Shown: piece after piece, positions 26,278-63,974 of the stretch
Layout of the letters: every line of letters begins with the position of its first letter
Numbering within the stretch: the stretch's first letter is position 1
DNA from: Amoebidium appalachense
Lineage: Eukaryota > Protista > Ichthyosporea
Assembly: GCA_963693365.1 (NCBI GenBank)
Contig: CAVNZM010000016.1
Coordinates: 3,065,957-3,129,956, forward strand
Length of the DNA stretch: 64,000 nucleotides
Direction of reading: 5' to 3'
Notes under the pieces: model-generated
Told to the model about the DNA's origin: nothing
Databases searched by the model: none
What the model saw: the letters and a program-made list of their open reading frames with translations, nothing else
Translations under genes and position numbers: made by a program

Positions 26278-27870
26278 CTCTATAGCACATACAAGCGCAT
26301 ACACACATCTCCTCTCCGTCCTCTCTTGCTTTAAGATGGGCATCCACTTGCGCTCACAACACAAACCCCAAGCCACACGAGCACATTCACTCCATATCCG
26401 AACCTCCCCCCCCCTCCCCCCCCCCCGAGGGGCCTTCCCAAACAAAACACACATAGCACACAAGCTCAAAGGTCATCCCATGCACATCTTCACACGTACT
26501 TACCCCCCCCCCTCCTTCCCCCCCCAAACACACACACCACCAAACACCACCTAATACATACTCAACACACGCCCATGAACAAAACAGACATACCACACAC
26601 ACACACACACACACACAAAGAGACACACACAGGCACACACACACACACAAAGAGACACACACAGGCACACACAAACAGACATACCCACAGACATACACTG
26701 ACAGAAGACACACACACACACACACCTGCACGTGCCTCGTTTGCATTACACAGGAAGGTCACTGGTGTTGGGTTTAGGCAGCCAAGCATTCAAGCTGGAG
26801 TTAGAGCTAGGACAAACTATTAGCTAGATAGCTGGATGATGGCTAGTTTTTGTGTTAACCAGCTTGTATATATTTCGTCGTTGGGTAATTGTGTTTTATA
26901 TTTTGAAGGATTTGTTGTGGCTGTTGTCTAAAGTGGTTAATGGCAGGCACAACTCAGCTACAACTCGAGGCTGGGCCTTGGGCCTCTTGGCCTAAAAAAA
27001 AGTGTCCAAAATAAAGCGTTGTGTACCTTTGACGCGGCCTCTAACCGAAATGATTTTTTTTGGTTGTTGTTATCGCACCCCTGGGGGGGAAATGGCTCGG
27101 CCCAGTTCTTTAAGATGAACAACAGGCCAGTTGCACTTACTTGCAAACATTCTTGTTGAGTGCTTAAACGAAGTATCGCGTTTCTCTTCTCGGGGGAGTG
27201 CCACGATGCGCGTAGTCATGTTTTATTTTTGGTGGTGGTGTGCCACGGTGTGTGTGTGTGTATTTGGGGAGGAGGAGGGGGGGGGGGGGGGGGAGGAGGG
27301 GGAGGCGGGGAGGCGCTGTCCCACTTCACTTCGCCGGTATTGCACGTGCACCAAGGAGTGAGTGAAGCCTTCGTGAATAATAACTTGTAACCAAACAAAG
27401 CTTGAAGTGCAGGCACTAAGAGGAGGGATCTGTCCTATAAGTTACCATGATAAAAGAAACTAATTTAAAAGTAAAACCATCTTTAAAGTGTAAAACACAA
27501 ATGCCAGATTCCAAAGACCAATCATTTAGTAGTCACAAAAAAGTGATATTGCCAGACATGCACAGGTGTCAGCCTCTCGGGCTCCTACAAAAAAACTTTG
27601 AAACGGTTCTGTCTGTATGTGTTTGTCACCTTCAGTTTAGTTTTAGCAGCACGCAGTTGCCACCTGCAAGTGGCACGGTGTATGCTTTAGTGGCAGTGTA
27701 TCTAAGTGTAGCCACCTATAACATCTTGCTATTCTGCACAGTGCACCCCTTGTCTAGAGTCTCGTGCGTTGCTAGGGGCTGCATCCACAGCCTCGGAGCC
27801 AGAGCATCTAAACCTAGTCAAGCCACATATATACACATACGCACTCTGTTCTTTAGACACACACGCCACC

Positions 27871-41725
<13,855 letters not shown>

Positions 41726-42150
41726 ACACCCACCCAGCACCATCCAACACCCCCCTCTTGGCCACAGACAGGACAAAACAGCAACAAGGGAACATAATGC
41801 GGAATATGATGAATCGTGTGGGTGAGCATGATGCGTTCCTAAGTGCAACATTCGGTGTAACGAGGATATAATAGATGGAATGGCGGGATGGGGGGGGATA
41901 GGAGGCATTGGAGATGGTGTTATGTGTTGCCGTGTTCCAGAAGGGGGGGGTGGTGTTGCTAAGGTGGTCGGGAGTGGCTGGGTAGATATGTGGGAATATG
42001 CTGGCCCTTTCAATCGCAAGACGCAATCTCGTGCAAGTTGGCACACGACACGGGGTTGTCGTTCGAAAAACCGGATGAATATGTTCATTCTTTTTGTTAT
42101 TTCTGTGTCAGTGTGTGGTAGGATGGGAATGGGGGGGCAGGCGGGCGGGG

Positions 42151-42183
<33 letters not shown>

Positions 42184-42234
42184 GGGGGGGGTGACCTAGG
42201 CTGTGTAGGTAGAGGCATGTACATGCCATGGCCA

Positions 42235-42266
<32 letters not shown>

Positions 42267-42319
42267 GTGTGTGTGTGTGGTTGGTTGGGTGGGTGGGTGG
42301 GTAGGTGGGTGTTTGGGCT

Positions 42320-42356
<37 letters not shown>

Positions 42357-42531
42357 CTGCTTGTAAGGCTGTGGCATTGTACTTGGTTGGTTTGTGCACT
42401 TAATGATCTTGTTATTTCCATTCTTCTAGATTGGTTTGAGTAACTGGTAGGGCGGGGTTTTAATATTTCCTTTATTTATATTTCCTTTATTTTCTCTTTT
42501 CCTTTTGGTTTTTCTTTTCTTTCTTTTCTTT

Positions 42532-42562
<31 letters not shown>

Positions 42563-42575
42563 GTTGTTGTTGTTG

Positions 42576-42616
<41 letters not shown>

Positions 42617-43025
42617 ATGAGATTTGTAGGTTAAGCAACGAGACATGTTGCCGCAATGTAATCAAAGAAAGAAGCTCAGATATAGACACAAGCATGGAAG
42701 GGCTTATGATCGTTGTACATCCACATGCATGCACTACACACAAAATACGATAAGTAAAAGAACATGTATTTGCTCAATACACACCGACTTCCCTACAATC
42801 AATTGCACAGGTGCACACACACACACACACAAGTGGACAAGTACAGGCACTATTACACACAAGCACACACATACACACGTATCTGCAGGCACATGAACAC
42901 GTGTGCCCTGTGCCCTCAGTGGGGGCTCAGTAAAGACAACCTCGCAAACATGGTCTGACCACTTCCGAATTCCAAAAATTTCCAACAGCGGAGATCATCT
43001 TTTACTACCACCCCCGGGGCCACCA

Positions 43026-43083
<58 letters not shown>

Positions 43084-43650
43084 AAAAAAAAAAAAAACTC
43101 TTTCAATGATCATGAAACACAGTGTCTGTACAGACATATATCATGCTTCGAAATCCAATATCCGTTTTTCTCCGTTGCAGGCACCCGCGCGCATTCTCAC
43201 GATCAGACTGTGCCTTTGGGCCGCCACGTACTTGCTTCCAATCATCCCATGCATGGTTATGTGGTGTGCTTTATATTCGCAGTGCGGGCATATATAAGGC
43301 ACCACGAAGCCAACCCATATACCAGCATTAGGTGGCCTTGGGCGCCGTGCATTGCCTTAATATTAAAACAAAAGGGCCTAGAACACTGCACATAGCATTG
43401 CAATGTTGAATGATGATGTTGAAGTTGCTCACAATCGAAGTTTTCCTGTATTTGGTGGAAAAACATGGACGGCCAGCGTCCAAAAACGTGCCGCTATCTA
43501 AATATCTATCAGGTGTGCGTGGGGCTTGTAGCATAGCTCTAGCATACACAGCCAATTAAATCTATAGTATACTAGCCAGTGATGCAGCCCCATCCCCTAC
43601 CCCACACCGGAAAGCATGTGTGCACCTGCATCATGACGCACAAAACCCCT

Positions 43651-53281
<9,631 letters not shown>

Positions 53282-54143
53282 GATAGCAGCTTTTGCCCAC
53301 ACCCGGGAATACAGTGTCTTAGACTCAATACATAGATCTAATAAAGAAGCCGTCCTCGAATGGGTTGCGTCGAGCCTAGCAACAGATAATTGCTTTCTTC
53401 TAGTCAGTATTTTTTGCAGCAGAAGTTTAGCAAACCCTTATTATGCAAGTTGATAGGTATTATTTGACTGGTCCAAAGTAGCTTTCTCACAACTGTCACC
53501 CCGTTGTGTTTCTCTCTTGGTGCCTGCGCAGCCCTGGCTGCCTGCGGCTCCAAAATGGCGCCAAAATCCGGGAGATTGTGCAATCTCCGATTAGGTTTAA
53601 ACTGGATATAATAGAGCATGACTTTAGACAGCACAGGAGCTAAACAACCAATTTAATTAGTTTAAATTATTTGAAGGTTCCGACAGGAAGGTCACAGTTT
53701 CTGCCTTTATATGGTTATTGTTCGGCATCTGTATTTTGGAAGGCGCCAAGTGCAAATCACAACGGACACGTTCGACCGAGCAGTGTCAAGCATTCCTGAA
53801 TCGCACACAGACATACTGCGTTTTTGGCCGAGTATTATGGTGTACTTTCACAATTGATTCAGCACAGGCACGCACCAGTTGTTATATTCAGGATACGCAG
53901 AGCTAATAATACTCAGAAGAGTAAGTGCATATGAGAAACGCACACCATAGTCGTGTGATAAATAGGACTGGCTGCAACGACTGACACGTGATAACAGTCA
54001 ATGATTTTAGCCAAAGAACACTGTGGTAGGGGTAAGTTATTCCAACAAACCACTCTCGTAGCCATCTCACATAGTGAATTCAGAGACGGAATATTTTTAC
54101 AGGCTTAGAAAGAAATACTGTGTGAAAATTACTGCGCGGCAAG
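53282..54143. promoter_or_regulatory. Putative bidirectional promoter between the Rtt106-like and MADBUB genes
   Basis: 862 bp between divergent ATGs, free of microsatellites. Contains CAAAATGGCGCCAAAA (53551-53566), CCAAT (53648) and TTTGAA (53670). Confidence 0.55.
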
Positions 54144-55778
54144 ATGAGGCCAGACGAGGCACCCGCATGGGAGACCTCCAAGGAGAACGTCGTTCCTCTG
54201 AAGGAGGGTCGGCGCATAGGCTGCCTCAATGCAGCCCTCGGCGTAAACCCAAAGGCTGTATCCAACGAGCAGAAAATTAAGTGCGTACACCTACCATGAT
54301 CTATTGTTCTAATGGAGTGCTCTCTTTCATCTCGATCTGTACTTCTTGTCGTGCTTCTTTTGATTCTGCTGTTGAGCATGATGGTTCGTTTTGTGCTGCT
54401 GTATTCATTACGTCTCAAGGTGCAGAATCCTTGGCAGAGCTTAGAGGAGATTTTCAGTTTTTGCTGCTACGCATCACATATCATATACATTCTGCTAGCG
54501 CACAAAATGTTGCAGCACGAATATATGCAATACTGCATCTGTCTGCATGTTTTTTGACCTGGTTTAGTTGAGGCTGCCTCGGTAACACGTTGGTGCCTGG
54601 AAACAGGGAGTTTGAGGATATCATCGCAAACTACTACAACTATGATGATCCCCTCGGCTGTTATCAGGAGTATGTACCCCTCCCCTCCCCTCCCCCCTAC
54701 CCCCACCCCACCCCACATACACACACACACAAAAAAAAAAAGGGGGGGGGGGGGGGGGGGGGGGGGGAGGGAGGGAGGAAAAAACCCCGATTCAATTCCT
54801 TCCCATTTCTCGCAACCAATGACTTTCATACACAGGTGCGTAAAATGCACACACATCCATAGGTACAGTCTCCCACGCCCGCACACAAAGCACACCTCGG
54901 AGCCTGTCTTTTACTTGCCACACAGTCAGTAATCACTGTGCTTGATGGTGTTCAGAGGTTTGTCGAAGAACATGCCTATTGTAAATCCCTTATCACCACT
55001 TTTCATGCTTTGATGCTGTCCCCATGTGATCTGTAGCGTTGCACTTGAAGTTATCTGCATGGCCTATTTTGTTGGTAACAGTGCATGGTAAGCCTGACCA
55101 GATCTGCCATTACTAGTGTCAAAGCAATTACTAATGATGGGCAAGCAGCTACATCAACTGGCTGCGAGAGACCTACCCAGGGGACACCAAGCAGGCCCAG
55201 CTGCTGGCCCTTTACGAGAAGTGTGCACGCCACTTCCAGGTAATGGGCATGTGATGCGTAATGATGACTGTTTGGGTGTTTGCTTGAAGGGTTCAAGAGG
55301 TCGGTCACCATTTATTTTGGCAAGAAAAAGTACTTTTTGTTAGGCACCACCATACTGTATAGTCCCCTCGGGCTCTCGCACCTCTTTGGAAAACCAAGCA
55401 AATCTTACTTCACTCTTTGCACCTATCCGCCCTCTCTTTTGTATTCGCCTCTTTCCTCCCTTCCCGCATGAGTTGGGAAATCCATCTTTCGCCCGCGCAT
55501 GTACGTCCAAACAAGCATTGGTAGCCTACGAACAGTTTACACCGTCCTCCAGCTTCTGATGTGCAAGTTCCTTCCCTATCTGCTTGGCCCCTCTTTAATT
55601 ACAGCCTGTATCATAGTCCGGGCCGTTCTCTCTTTGGAAAAATCATCTCCTTTAAAAGAACTCTCCCTTGCCCTCTCTAACTCCTTACCCTCTTTTGCCC
55701 GCTCAGCTACACAATACACACATTTACTACACACACGCGTGCACATCTGTGCGCGCATGCATACACACGCACACATAC

Positions 55779-55870
<92 letters not shown>

Positions 55871-55916
55871 ACACACACACAAACACAAATACACACACAC
55901 ACACTCCACACACACT

Positions 55917-55985
<69 letters not shown>

Positions 55986-56081
55986 GACGAGCGCTACAAG
56001 GACGACAGCCGCTATGTCCGGATCTGGATTCTTTACGTGAGTGGCCTACCACAACTCTGTCTATACTCTGCCTCTCCCCAT

Positions 56082-56113
<32 letters not shown>

Positions 56114-57341
56114 ACCCCACCCCCTGCCCGCCCGCCCGTCCTACCCCTTCCCCTTTCCCTTCCCTTTCCCCTTTTCCTGTCCGGGACCCCTACATCCTTT
56201 CCTACATCAGTACGCACATGCTATGTCCAACCACACAACCACCTGTACCTGAGATGTTTACATGCCTTGCCAGCCACATCACAAAATCCGGCATTTTCGT
56301 GGAAAATCTATGCTGTATCGATAGCGGAGAAGCTAACTTTGGCCTTGCCCTCACAATCTTACCGCTCTACTCTATTTTTTGTTTTTCCATTTGTCTCAAC
56401 ATGTGCACTGCAGGGGGACAGCCTGAGAGACCCCGGAGACCTGCTGCAGTTCATGTACAGCCGTGATATCGGCACAAAGAGGGCCGTGTTCTACATTGCA
56501 TGGGCCATGTACCTCGAGAAGAAGGGGTGTGTGTGTGTGTGTGTGCGTGTGCGTGCGTGCATGTTTGTGTGCGTGCATGAGTGTGTGTGGGTGTGTGTGT
56601 GTTTGGTGTGTGTGTATGTGCTTGTGTGTGCCTGTCTGCCTGCCTCCCTGCCTGCTTGCATGCGTGCACGTGCTTTTGGGGTGTGTGTGCACGTATGTTT
56701 GTGCTTGTGGTGTGTGCGTGTGCGTGTGTGTGTGCGTGTGCGTGCGTGCGTGCGTGCGTGTGTGCGCTTGTGGTGTGTTTGTGTGCGTGCTTGTGGTGCG
56801 TGTGTGTTTGTGCGTGTGTGTGTGTGTGTGCACAAGTGCATGTGTATGTTTGTGTGTGTGTGTGTGCGTGCGCGACGCACACGAGGATGCTTCGTTTGGC
56901 ACACACGATTATCTCTCAGTTGTGCACACTTGGGATGCCATTGGCTTGATGGCTTTCTTGGTCTGGCGTGGGGCAGCATTATACAACCACTCTTGCTCCA
57001 TGAATCATAGGCCACAGTAAGTTCTGGGTGCCATCATGTTGCATGCGGGAACAACTGTAACCCCCCCTCTCCCCCACCCCCGAAAATCCTTTTAAATTGA
57101 GGTTCGGGCGTGCAGGGGACCTCAAGCGAGCCGATGAGGTGTACCGGGAGGGTCTGGCCCGAAAGGCCCGGCCCGAGGACAAGCTGAAGAGCCTGCACGT
57201 GGCATTCCAGCAGAGGATGGTCGAGTCCATCAGGGCAAATGGAGAGACGGGACTGGCCGGTGAGGGAGAAAACACGCATGCACATGCACATGCACATGCA
57301 CAGACACGTACGCAGACACAGGCAAACTCATGCACACGCCA

Positions 57342-57412
<71 letters not shown>

Positions 57413-57882
57413 CCATAGATTAAGTGTGTTTCCTCCAAGCACCAGCAAAGACGTGCCTAAAACCGCAAACACGTTTGGGTTTGCCTTCATGTTTTTCTTG
57501 GTTTTCCTTTTTGGCAATACCCACACAGTCTACAGCCTTTGAGGTCCCTCTGCCACGTTCCATCCTTCTGTCACTGCCTTTTTCACATCCCACGCCACCC
57601 AATCTCCCAAAGACTATTCCAAATCCTATCACCGATGCACTTTTCTTGCCCCAAACATTGTAAGCTAATCTCCCACAAAGCAAACCAGTTTCTTCCGTGC
57701 TCGTGTGACTGCCTAATGTGGTGCACACAGCAGGTGGCCTGCGTAGTGCGCTTGGTGACGAGAATGCCCGGCCAGTCCTGGGTGTGCTGCAGGAGAAACG
57801 TGCCCCCCTACAGCCAAGAGCAGCATCTCAGGCCTCGGACCTGGGTACGTGCTTTGTCCCATGCCGGTGTGTGTATGTGTGG

Positions 57883-57913
<31 letters not shown>

Positions 57914-58374
57914 CGTGCGTGCGTTTGTGTCTGCATGAGTGCGTGTGTGTGTGCGCGCGCGCGTGCCTGCGTGCGTGCGTGCGTGTGTGTATGCATTTAT
58001 ACAAGTTTATTGTGCCCACAAGCCAAGCATGATGGGTGGGTTCTAATATAACGGACACCTGTTTGTGGACTCTGGTGCAGGTGGGGGCAGCAAGCGCAAA
58101 CCAGTAGACAGCCGTGGTGCTGCGGTGGTGTACGAGGGGGACGATGTTCCCATGGGCCTGGGCGGTGGGCAGTGGAGTGACGTGCCCAACATGAACTTCA
58201 AGGAAAATGCTAGGGCACCAGGCCCATGGACAAAGGAGAGGGTATGGCCACACACATCCCTCTTGACTTGTAGAGTGTTTGTTGGATTTATCTAGTTCCA
58301 CATGGATGTGGCACTTGTTGTATCCGAATTTAACCGGGTCTCGGTCTTCCTGGGCCTGAGAGAGAGAGAGAGAG

Positions 58375-58414
<40 letters not shown>

Positions 58415-58557
58415 TGTTTATGTTTGTGTTTTTGTGTGTGCGTGTGTGCACTCACCCTGACTGTGGACGTGTGCAGGTCAAGCAGCAGCGAGATGCCCTG
58501 GCCCCAATCTCCAAGCCAACATTTGAAATCTACGAGGACGAGGATGCAGATGCAGCA

Positions 58558-58593
<36 letters not shown>

Positions 58594-58604
58594 GTGTGTG
58601 TTTG

Positions 58605-58692
<88 letters not shown>

Positions 58693-59806
58693 CGCGCGCG
58701 CGTGTGTGTGTCTGTGTGTGTGTGTCCGTGTGGGTGTGGGTGTGGGTGTTGTGGATGCCTGTTATGGCCATGCTTGTGTGGGTTTTGCTGGTGTGCATTG
58801 TGTAAGCACAACGTGAGAATAAACTATCTGTCAAGCACTATGTGTGGGTGCATGTGCACGTGCTAACCACGTGTGCACAGGCCCGACCAGCAAGGCCCAC
58901 GGTCCGCCCTCGACCAGCAGATCCTGAGGTGCCCCCCCCCCCTCCCCCCTTCCCCACCCCACATCACCCCATCCCGCCCCCACCCCCCTCGACACACACG
59001 CGCACACACGCACCACACCACACCACACTACAACCACACAAACATGCATGCCATGGCACGTACATGCCGCCTCGGTTAGTGTTTACAAAAGATTAACGGA
59101 GAGGGATTGCATTGCAGAAAGGCCGCGGGGAAATGACTGACTTTTAGGGGTGGAGACCCGGGCGGGTGTGGAAGTCAGGCACACACGACATTACATGGGC
59201 AATAACTGTGCTTCCCCCCCCCCCCCCCCCCCCCCACACACACACACAAACACACACACACACGTGGCACACACACACACACACACACAGGCCTAAACGG
59301 TCACGGCTGGAGGATTCCCCTGCACAGTTTGTGGCCCCACCAAACCCGGCACTGAGAAGGGCACAGAATGTAGGTGCACCCCACTGTGCTCGCTAACGAT
59401 TATCTCGGCATATCTCGATGTCATGCATGGAATTCTCCCTGCATGTCGATTTCCCATAAATGAATGTCCCACGATAATACCCAATCAGTGTGCTCAATAT
59501 TATCGGCGTCAACCGGCGTTGAGCCGCTCAATGAAGTCAATATGATGTTACAGCGAGAGGTCGACATAGGCCTTAAGATGCAAACATATGGTTATAAAGA
59601 AATGATATACCTGGGGTAAGGTGCAGTGGTATGGGTGGGCGGCAGAGAAGAGGGCAGGCAAGCCAAGTGCATGCAAGGGGTTAGGTGTGCCTTGTATCTG
59701 AATCGGCTCACACCAATCCCCTCTGCAGACCATCCTGGGCCCCAAGCCGGGTGAGCGCCTGGTCGGCATGGTAAAGCCCCCCCCCCCAAACACATACACA
59801 CGCACG

Positions 59807-59839
<33 letters not shown>

Positions 59840-62329
59840 CCCGTGCGCACACAGATGAAAGAAAATGAAGAAGAAAAACGGATGTGTGTGGGGGGGGGGG
59901 AAAGAGGAGGGAGAGAGAGAGAGACTGAGAGACCAAATGCTCTAACCACGATAATATGTATCCCTCAATGTCTTGAGCTAGCTCCATGGTCTTCCCCGGC
60001 TACCTTTAAGGAGTTGCATGGTTTCACATGGCAGTGCACATGTTTCTACGAGCTAACTTTGATTCTGTGTGCAGGCAGCCATGTATTCCGAAAGCCCCCT
60101 GTCGATCGAGGAGATCAGGGCTAAGCATCCAAGATACGCCTACACAAAGCCTCCTCCTCAGCCCGTGCATTCCCTGGACAGGTATGGCTGTGTGCTGTAC
60201 TATTCCCTGCCCACCAGAGAGAAGCGCAATGTTTGCATGTGTTTGGGTGTGGCCAGGTGTGTGGGTGTGGGTGTGTGTCTGTGTGTCTGTGTGTTGTGAG
60301 GGGACTGAGATGGGTGGATGGGTACCGAAGTCGCTTTGGGGGGGAGGAGAAGTTTGGGGGAGGGGCGGGTGGGGGGGGGAGGGGATAGGGGGGTGGTATT
60401 GAGGTGGGTGGGTTTGTGTGGCTGGAACTGATACGTGTTGGCAGGACCATGGTGGGGCATGCAGAGGACATGGATTTGTCCACAGACGAAACCGACCAGG
60501 TGGACACACATCAAGTGCAGGTGGGTGCATGTGTATGACACACACACACACATGTACACAAACACACACATAAACACACGCGCGCACACGCGCATGACAC
60601 GTACACACATGCAACACACGCACACACACACAATAAAGAGAGAGAGAGACAGAGAGAGGGAGAAAGGTAGAGAGACAGACAGACAGACAGACACGGACAA
60701 ACAAACAGGCACACGCATCTACTTAGCTGCCTATTTACGCCTATCTCCCTCTCTCTCTTCCAGGAGCATGCACCAGTAGCAGCAGCAGCACCCATTGTAC
60801 CTGCCGCTGTGGTTGGCGGGGCAGCAGAGAAGGAGGCCAATAGTGTGGGCCCGATTGACGAAGAACTCACCAGCAGGCTCAAGAAGCACATGAGCTTTGA
60901 GGAGCCCACATTCTACCAGGTACTGTGTGCATGTGCGCAATGGGTTGACTGTGTGCATGTGCCATGCGTGTTGTGTGCGATGCGACCATGGCAATTTTAA
61001 TGCGTGTGTAAAGGGGTGCCTGTGTGCCATGCACGTTATGTGCACAGGGGATTATGGCACTGAGTTAATGGCTGTTCCCTCCATCCAATCGACCTGACGC
61101 GGCATGGGCACTATGGATATGTACATGTACCGATGTAATATTAGATATACCCCTATGTTTATTGCCGTTTAGTGCAAGGCTAATAGCGCAAGCAACTACA
61201 AACAAAGAAAAAAGAAGAAGAAAGAGACACGAAGCTAAGTACTAAGTTGTGTATGTAGTATTTATGCATGTAACGTGGGCGTGCCGGTATTGGAAAAAGA
61301 GTTCAGCATTAACTGTTAGGTGGTCAGCGGTGTTAAGGCCAAACACAGGGCGCATGCTGACTGTGTTTGTTTTGGGCCCACAGCAAACCCCCGCGTCTGC
61401 ACGGGGGCCAGTACATCCCCCCCGGTTCTCCTCCATCGTTCCCACACAGCACCAACCAACGACCACCCTGCCTGCACAGGAAACGGTATGTCCATTCTCT
61501 CACCTTGTATGTCGTGCGCCTGTGTGTATGAGTCAAGAATGTTTGGGTGGGCTGCAGCATACATTGTGCCAGGTGCTGGTATTGGTAATATGGGGCACCT
61601 GTCTTTGTCTTTGTGCAATGTGGGTGTGTGCACGTGCAAGTGTTTTCGTATTTGTGTGTCTGTGGGTGTGTGATTTGTTTCTTTGTGCCTGTCGTTGTGC
61701 GCACGTGCAAGTGTTTTGTATCTGTGTGCCTGTGGTTGTGTGCACGTGTACACGTCTTTGTTGTGTGTCTGTGAGTGTGTGCACGCGTACCTGTCTCTGT
61801 CCGTGTGCCTGTGGGACCAGATGTGGGTGTGTGCACACGTACCTGTCTCTGTCCGTGTGCCTGTGGGACCAGATGTGCATGTGTAGGTTGTGGACTCTTA
61901 CCAGCCACGTGTCTGCAGGTGAAGCCACCCACCCCGCCAGCCCCTGCACCTGTAGACTCCATCTACCATGACCCCACCATGGGAGTACGTGTGCCCCCCC
62001 CCCCCCTCTCCTCTCCTCCAACAACGTACACACACACACACAAACACACGTGGCACCCGTCTATCTTTTCATCCTTCACATTATCACCAAATGCACACAC
62101 AGGATCCTGCCCCCCCCCCCCCCCCCTCCCCTTCCCCCCGGAAGTGCCCCAATTGCAGCCCCACCCCCCTCCCCCTTCCCCCCGGAAGGCCCCAATTGCA
62201 GTCCAACCCTTGTGCATATACTTCGCTGGTTGCTTTAGTCACAAAACACCCCAGTTGTCTCTCTCATGTGTCAGTATGCATGCACACGCTCACACATTGC
62301 TATATTAGTGAGTGCCTAGGTCAGGCATC

Positions 62330-62390
<61 letters not shown>

Positions 62391-63402
62391 CCCACCCCTT
62401 TTCCCCCTCTTCCCCCCAGGTACACCCTTTCTTTGTGTGTGATCGTTTTTAAACACCTGCATCTACGGTCACCCATCGTGCATGTGTTGTATGTAGGTCG
62501 CTAAGCCCTCCCTCCCCCCGCCCCTCCCCCCCTTCCCCCCCCCCACCCCCTTTCCCCCTCAGCACACTGACACACAGTCACACGCACAGGGGGTGACTGA
62601 GTGTGAGCCGACCATGACTGTGCGCACTCTTGCCCGTGTGCACAATGCCCTGGACGATGTGTTTGACCCCGACAGGCCCCTGGCTGGCGAGGAGGATGAC
62701 GAGGATGATGAGGACGGCATGGGCCTGCCTGCCCCGGTACGTGCCTGTTTGTGTGTGTGGGTGCGTGCGTGCGTGTATGTGTGTATGTGTGTGTGTGTGT
62801 TGCGTCCCTGCCTGCCTGCACTGTAGGTACGTGTCGGTCTCTCTCTCTGTGTGTGGGTGCATTAGCTGTGTCCCTACCTGCCCCCGTACGTGCCTGTGTG
62901 TGTGTGTGTGTGTGTGTACTGTGTAGCTGCCTGTCCCGTACGTGCCTGTGCGTGTGTGTGTTTGCTGTGTGTCCCTGGCCAGTGTCTCGGTGTGTTTGTT
63001 GTTGTGTCCCTGCCTGCCCCGACACATGTGTTGTTTTGTCCCTGTATGCCCCCGTGCATGTCTTTCTGTGTCGAGCAGGGATTGGGAGCAAAGTCAGTGT
63101 TGAAGGTTTGAGGGTTGTTTCATGGGTGTGTGTGTGTGCATATAGTGTGGGTTCTAGGAATCGGTACTAACTACATCTACTACATGCACACGTGCACATA
63201 CACACACAAAACAGGACATGTTCACGCAGGGTGCGCAGGCCAACATCATGAGCATGAACTTCTTTGCCCCACCCCCTGTCCGTGACAGCGCCTCAGGCCC
63301 TGAGCCCCTCAACGCAAAAGAAAACAACCCCCCTGCCCACAAGCCAGCACCAACGTACTGACCCCCCTTCTCCCCCCCCCCCCCCCCAAAAAAAAAAAAG
63401 GA

Positions 63403-63447
<45 letters not shown>

Positions 63448-63646
63448 CTCCCGGTCCCAACCGAACCCAAATCAACCCGAGTTAGGAAAGTACAGAGCCA
63501 CGCCGAGTAGATTCACCAGACCACACCACCCAGACATGACCATCTACCCTTTGCCAAACAATTATGCCCCATCCATGTCCTTCCATTGTCATAAGCCAGC
63601 CAAATAGCCTTTTAAGCAAGCATGGTGCATGCGTATATCTGACTCG

Positions 63647-63678
<32 letters not shown>

Positions 63679-63974
63679 TTCCCACAATGCACAGGGAGGC
63701 ACCTCTCTACACGGTCGAGCCCGTCATGCCTCGTGCACCCCTGCAGGAGGCTGTGGTAAGCACCTCCCCGTTCATACCCCACCTGCACGGACACAGCACA
63801 TCTGCACGTGAAGCCATATGTGCTCGGTGTGCACATGCATTGTGGGCATTGCGCTGGGTGTGGTGCCTTTTTGTGTTGTTGTGGTTGCTAACATGATTCC
63901 ACCATGCAGGTCACACCAATGGGTGATCCAGGTGCCTACGAGGTCATGCCTGATGATGACCCTGCTCCCATCGG
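54144..63974 (+). CDS. BUB1: Spindle checkpoint protein MADBUB (Mad3/BubR1-Bub1 family), 5' portion; continues beyond the window
   Basis: Exons 54144-54280, 54607-54669, 55149-55239, 55983-56036, 56414-~56526, 57116-57259, 57731-57844, 58081-58241, 58477-58559, 58881-58928, 59291-59369, 59729-59770, 60075-60181, 60445-60499, 60764-60919, 61384-61485, 61919-61984, 62590-62736, 63230-63354, 63695-63755 and 63910-63974. Motifs: KEN1 WETSKENVVPLKEGR; TPR (DDPL…YINWLRETYP…RYKDDSRYVRIWILY…DIGTKRAVFYIAWA…ADEVYREGLARKARP); KEN2 KENARAPGPW; ABBA FEIYED; GLEBS SIEEIRA; CDI PTMTVRT…DDVF. Confidence 0.93.

Noticed and set aside
23690-27856. Upstream promoter and non-coding first exon of Ataxin-2 (CCAAT cluster at 23712-23760; acceptor TTTAG at 27856)
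   Set aside because: Plausible, but no donor site or exon boundary can be fixed without transcript data.
59389-59558. Weak inverted-repeat-bounded AT-rich inserts in MADBUB introns (also ~61060-61315)
   Set aside because: The inverted repeats are short and mismatched, with no TSD, so the evidence is too weak to call MITEs.
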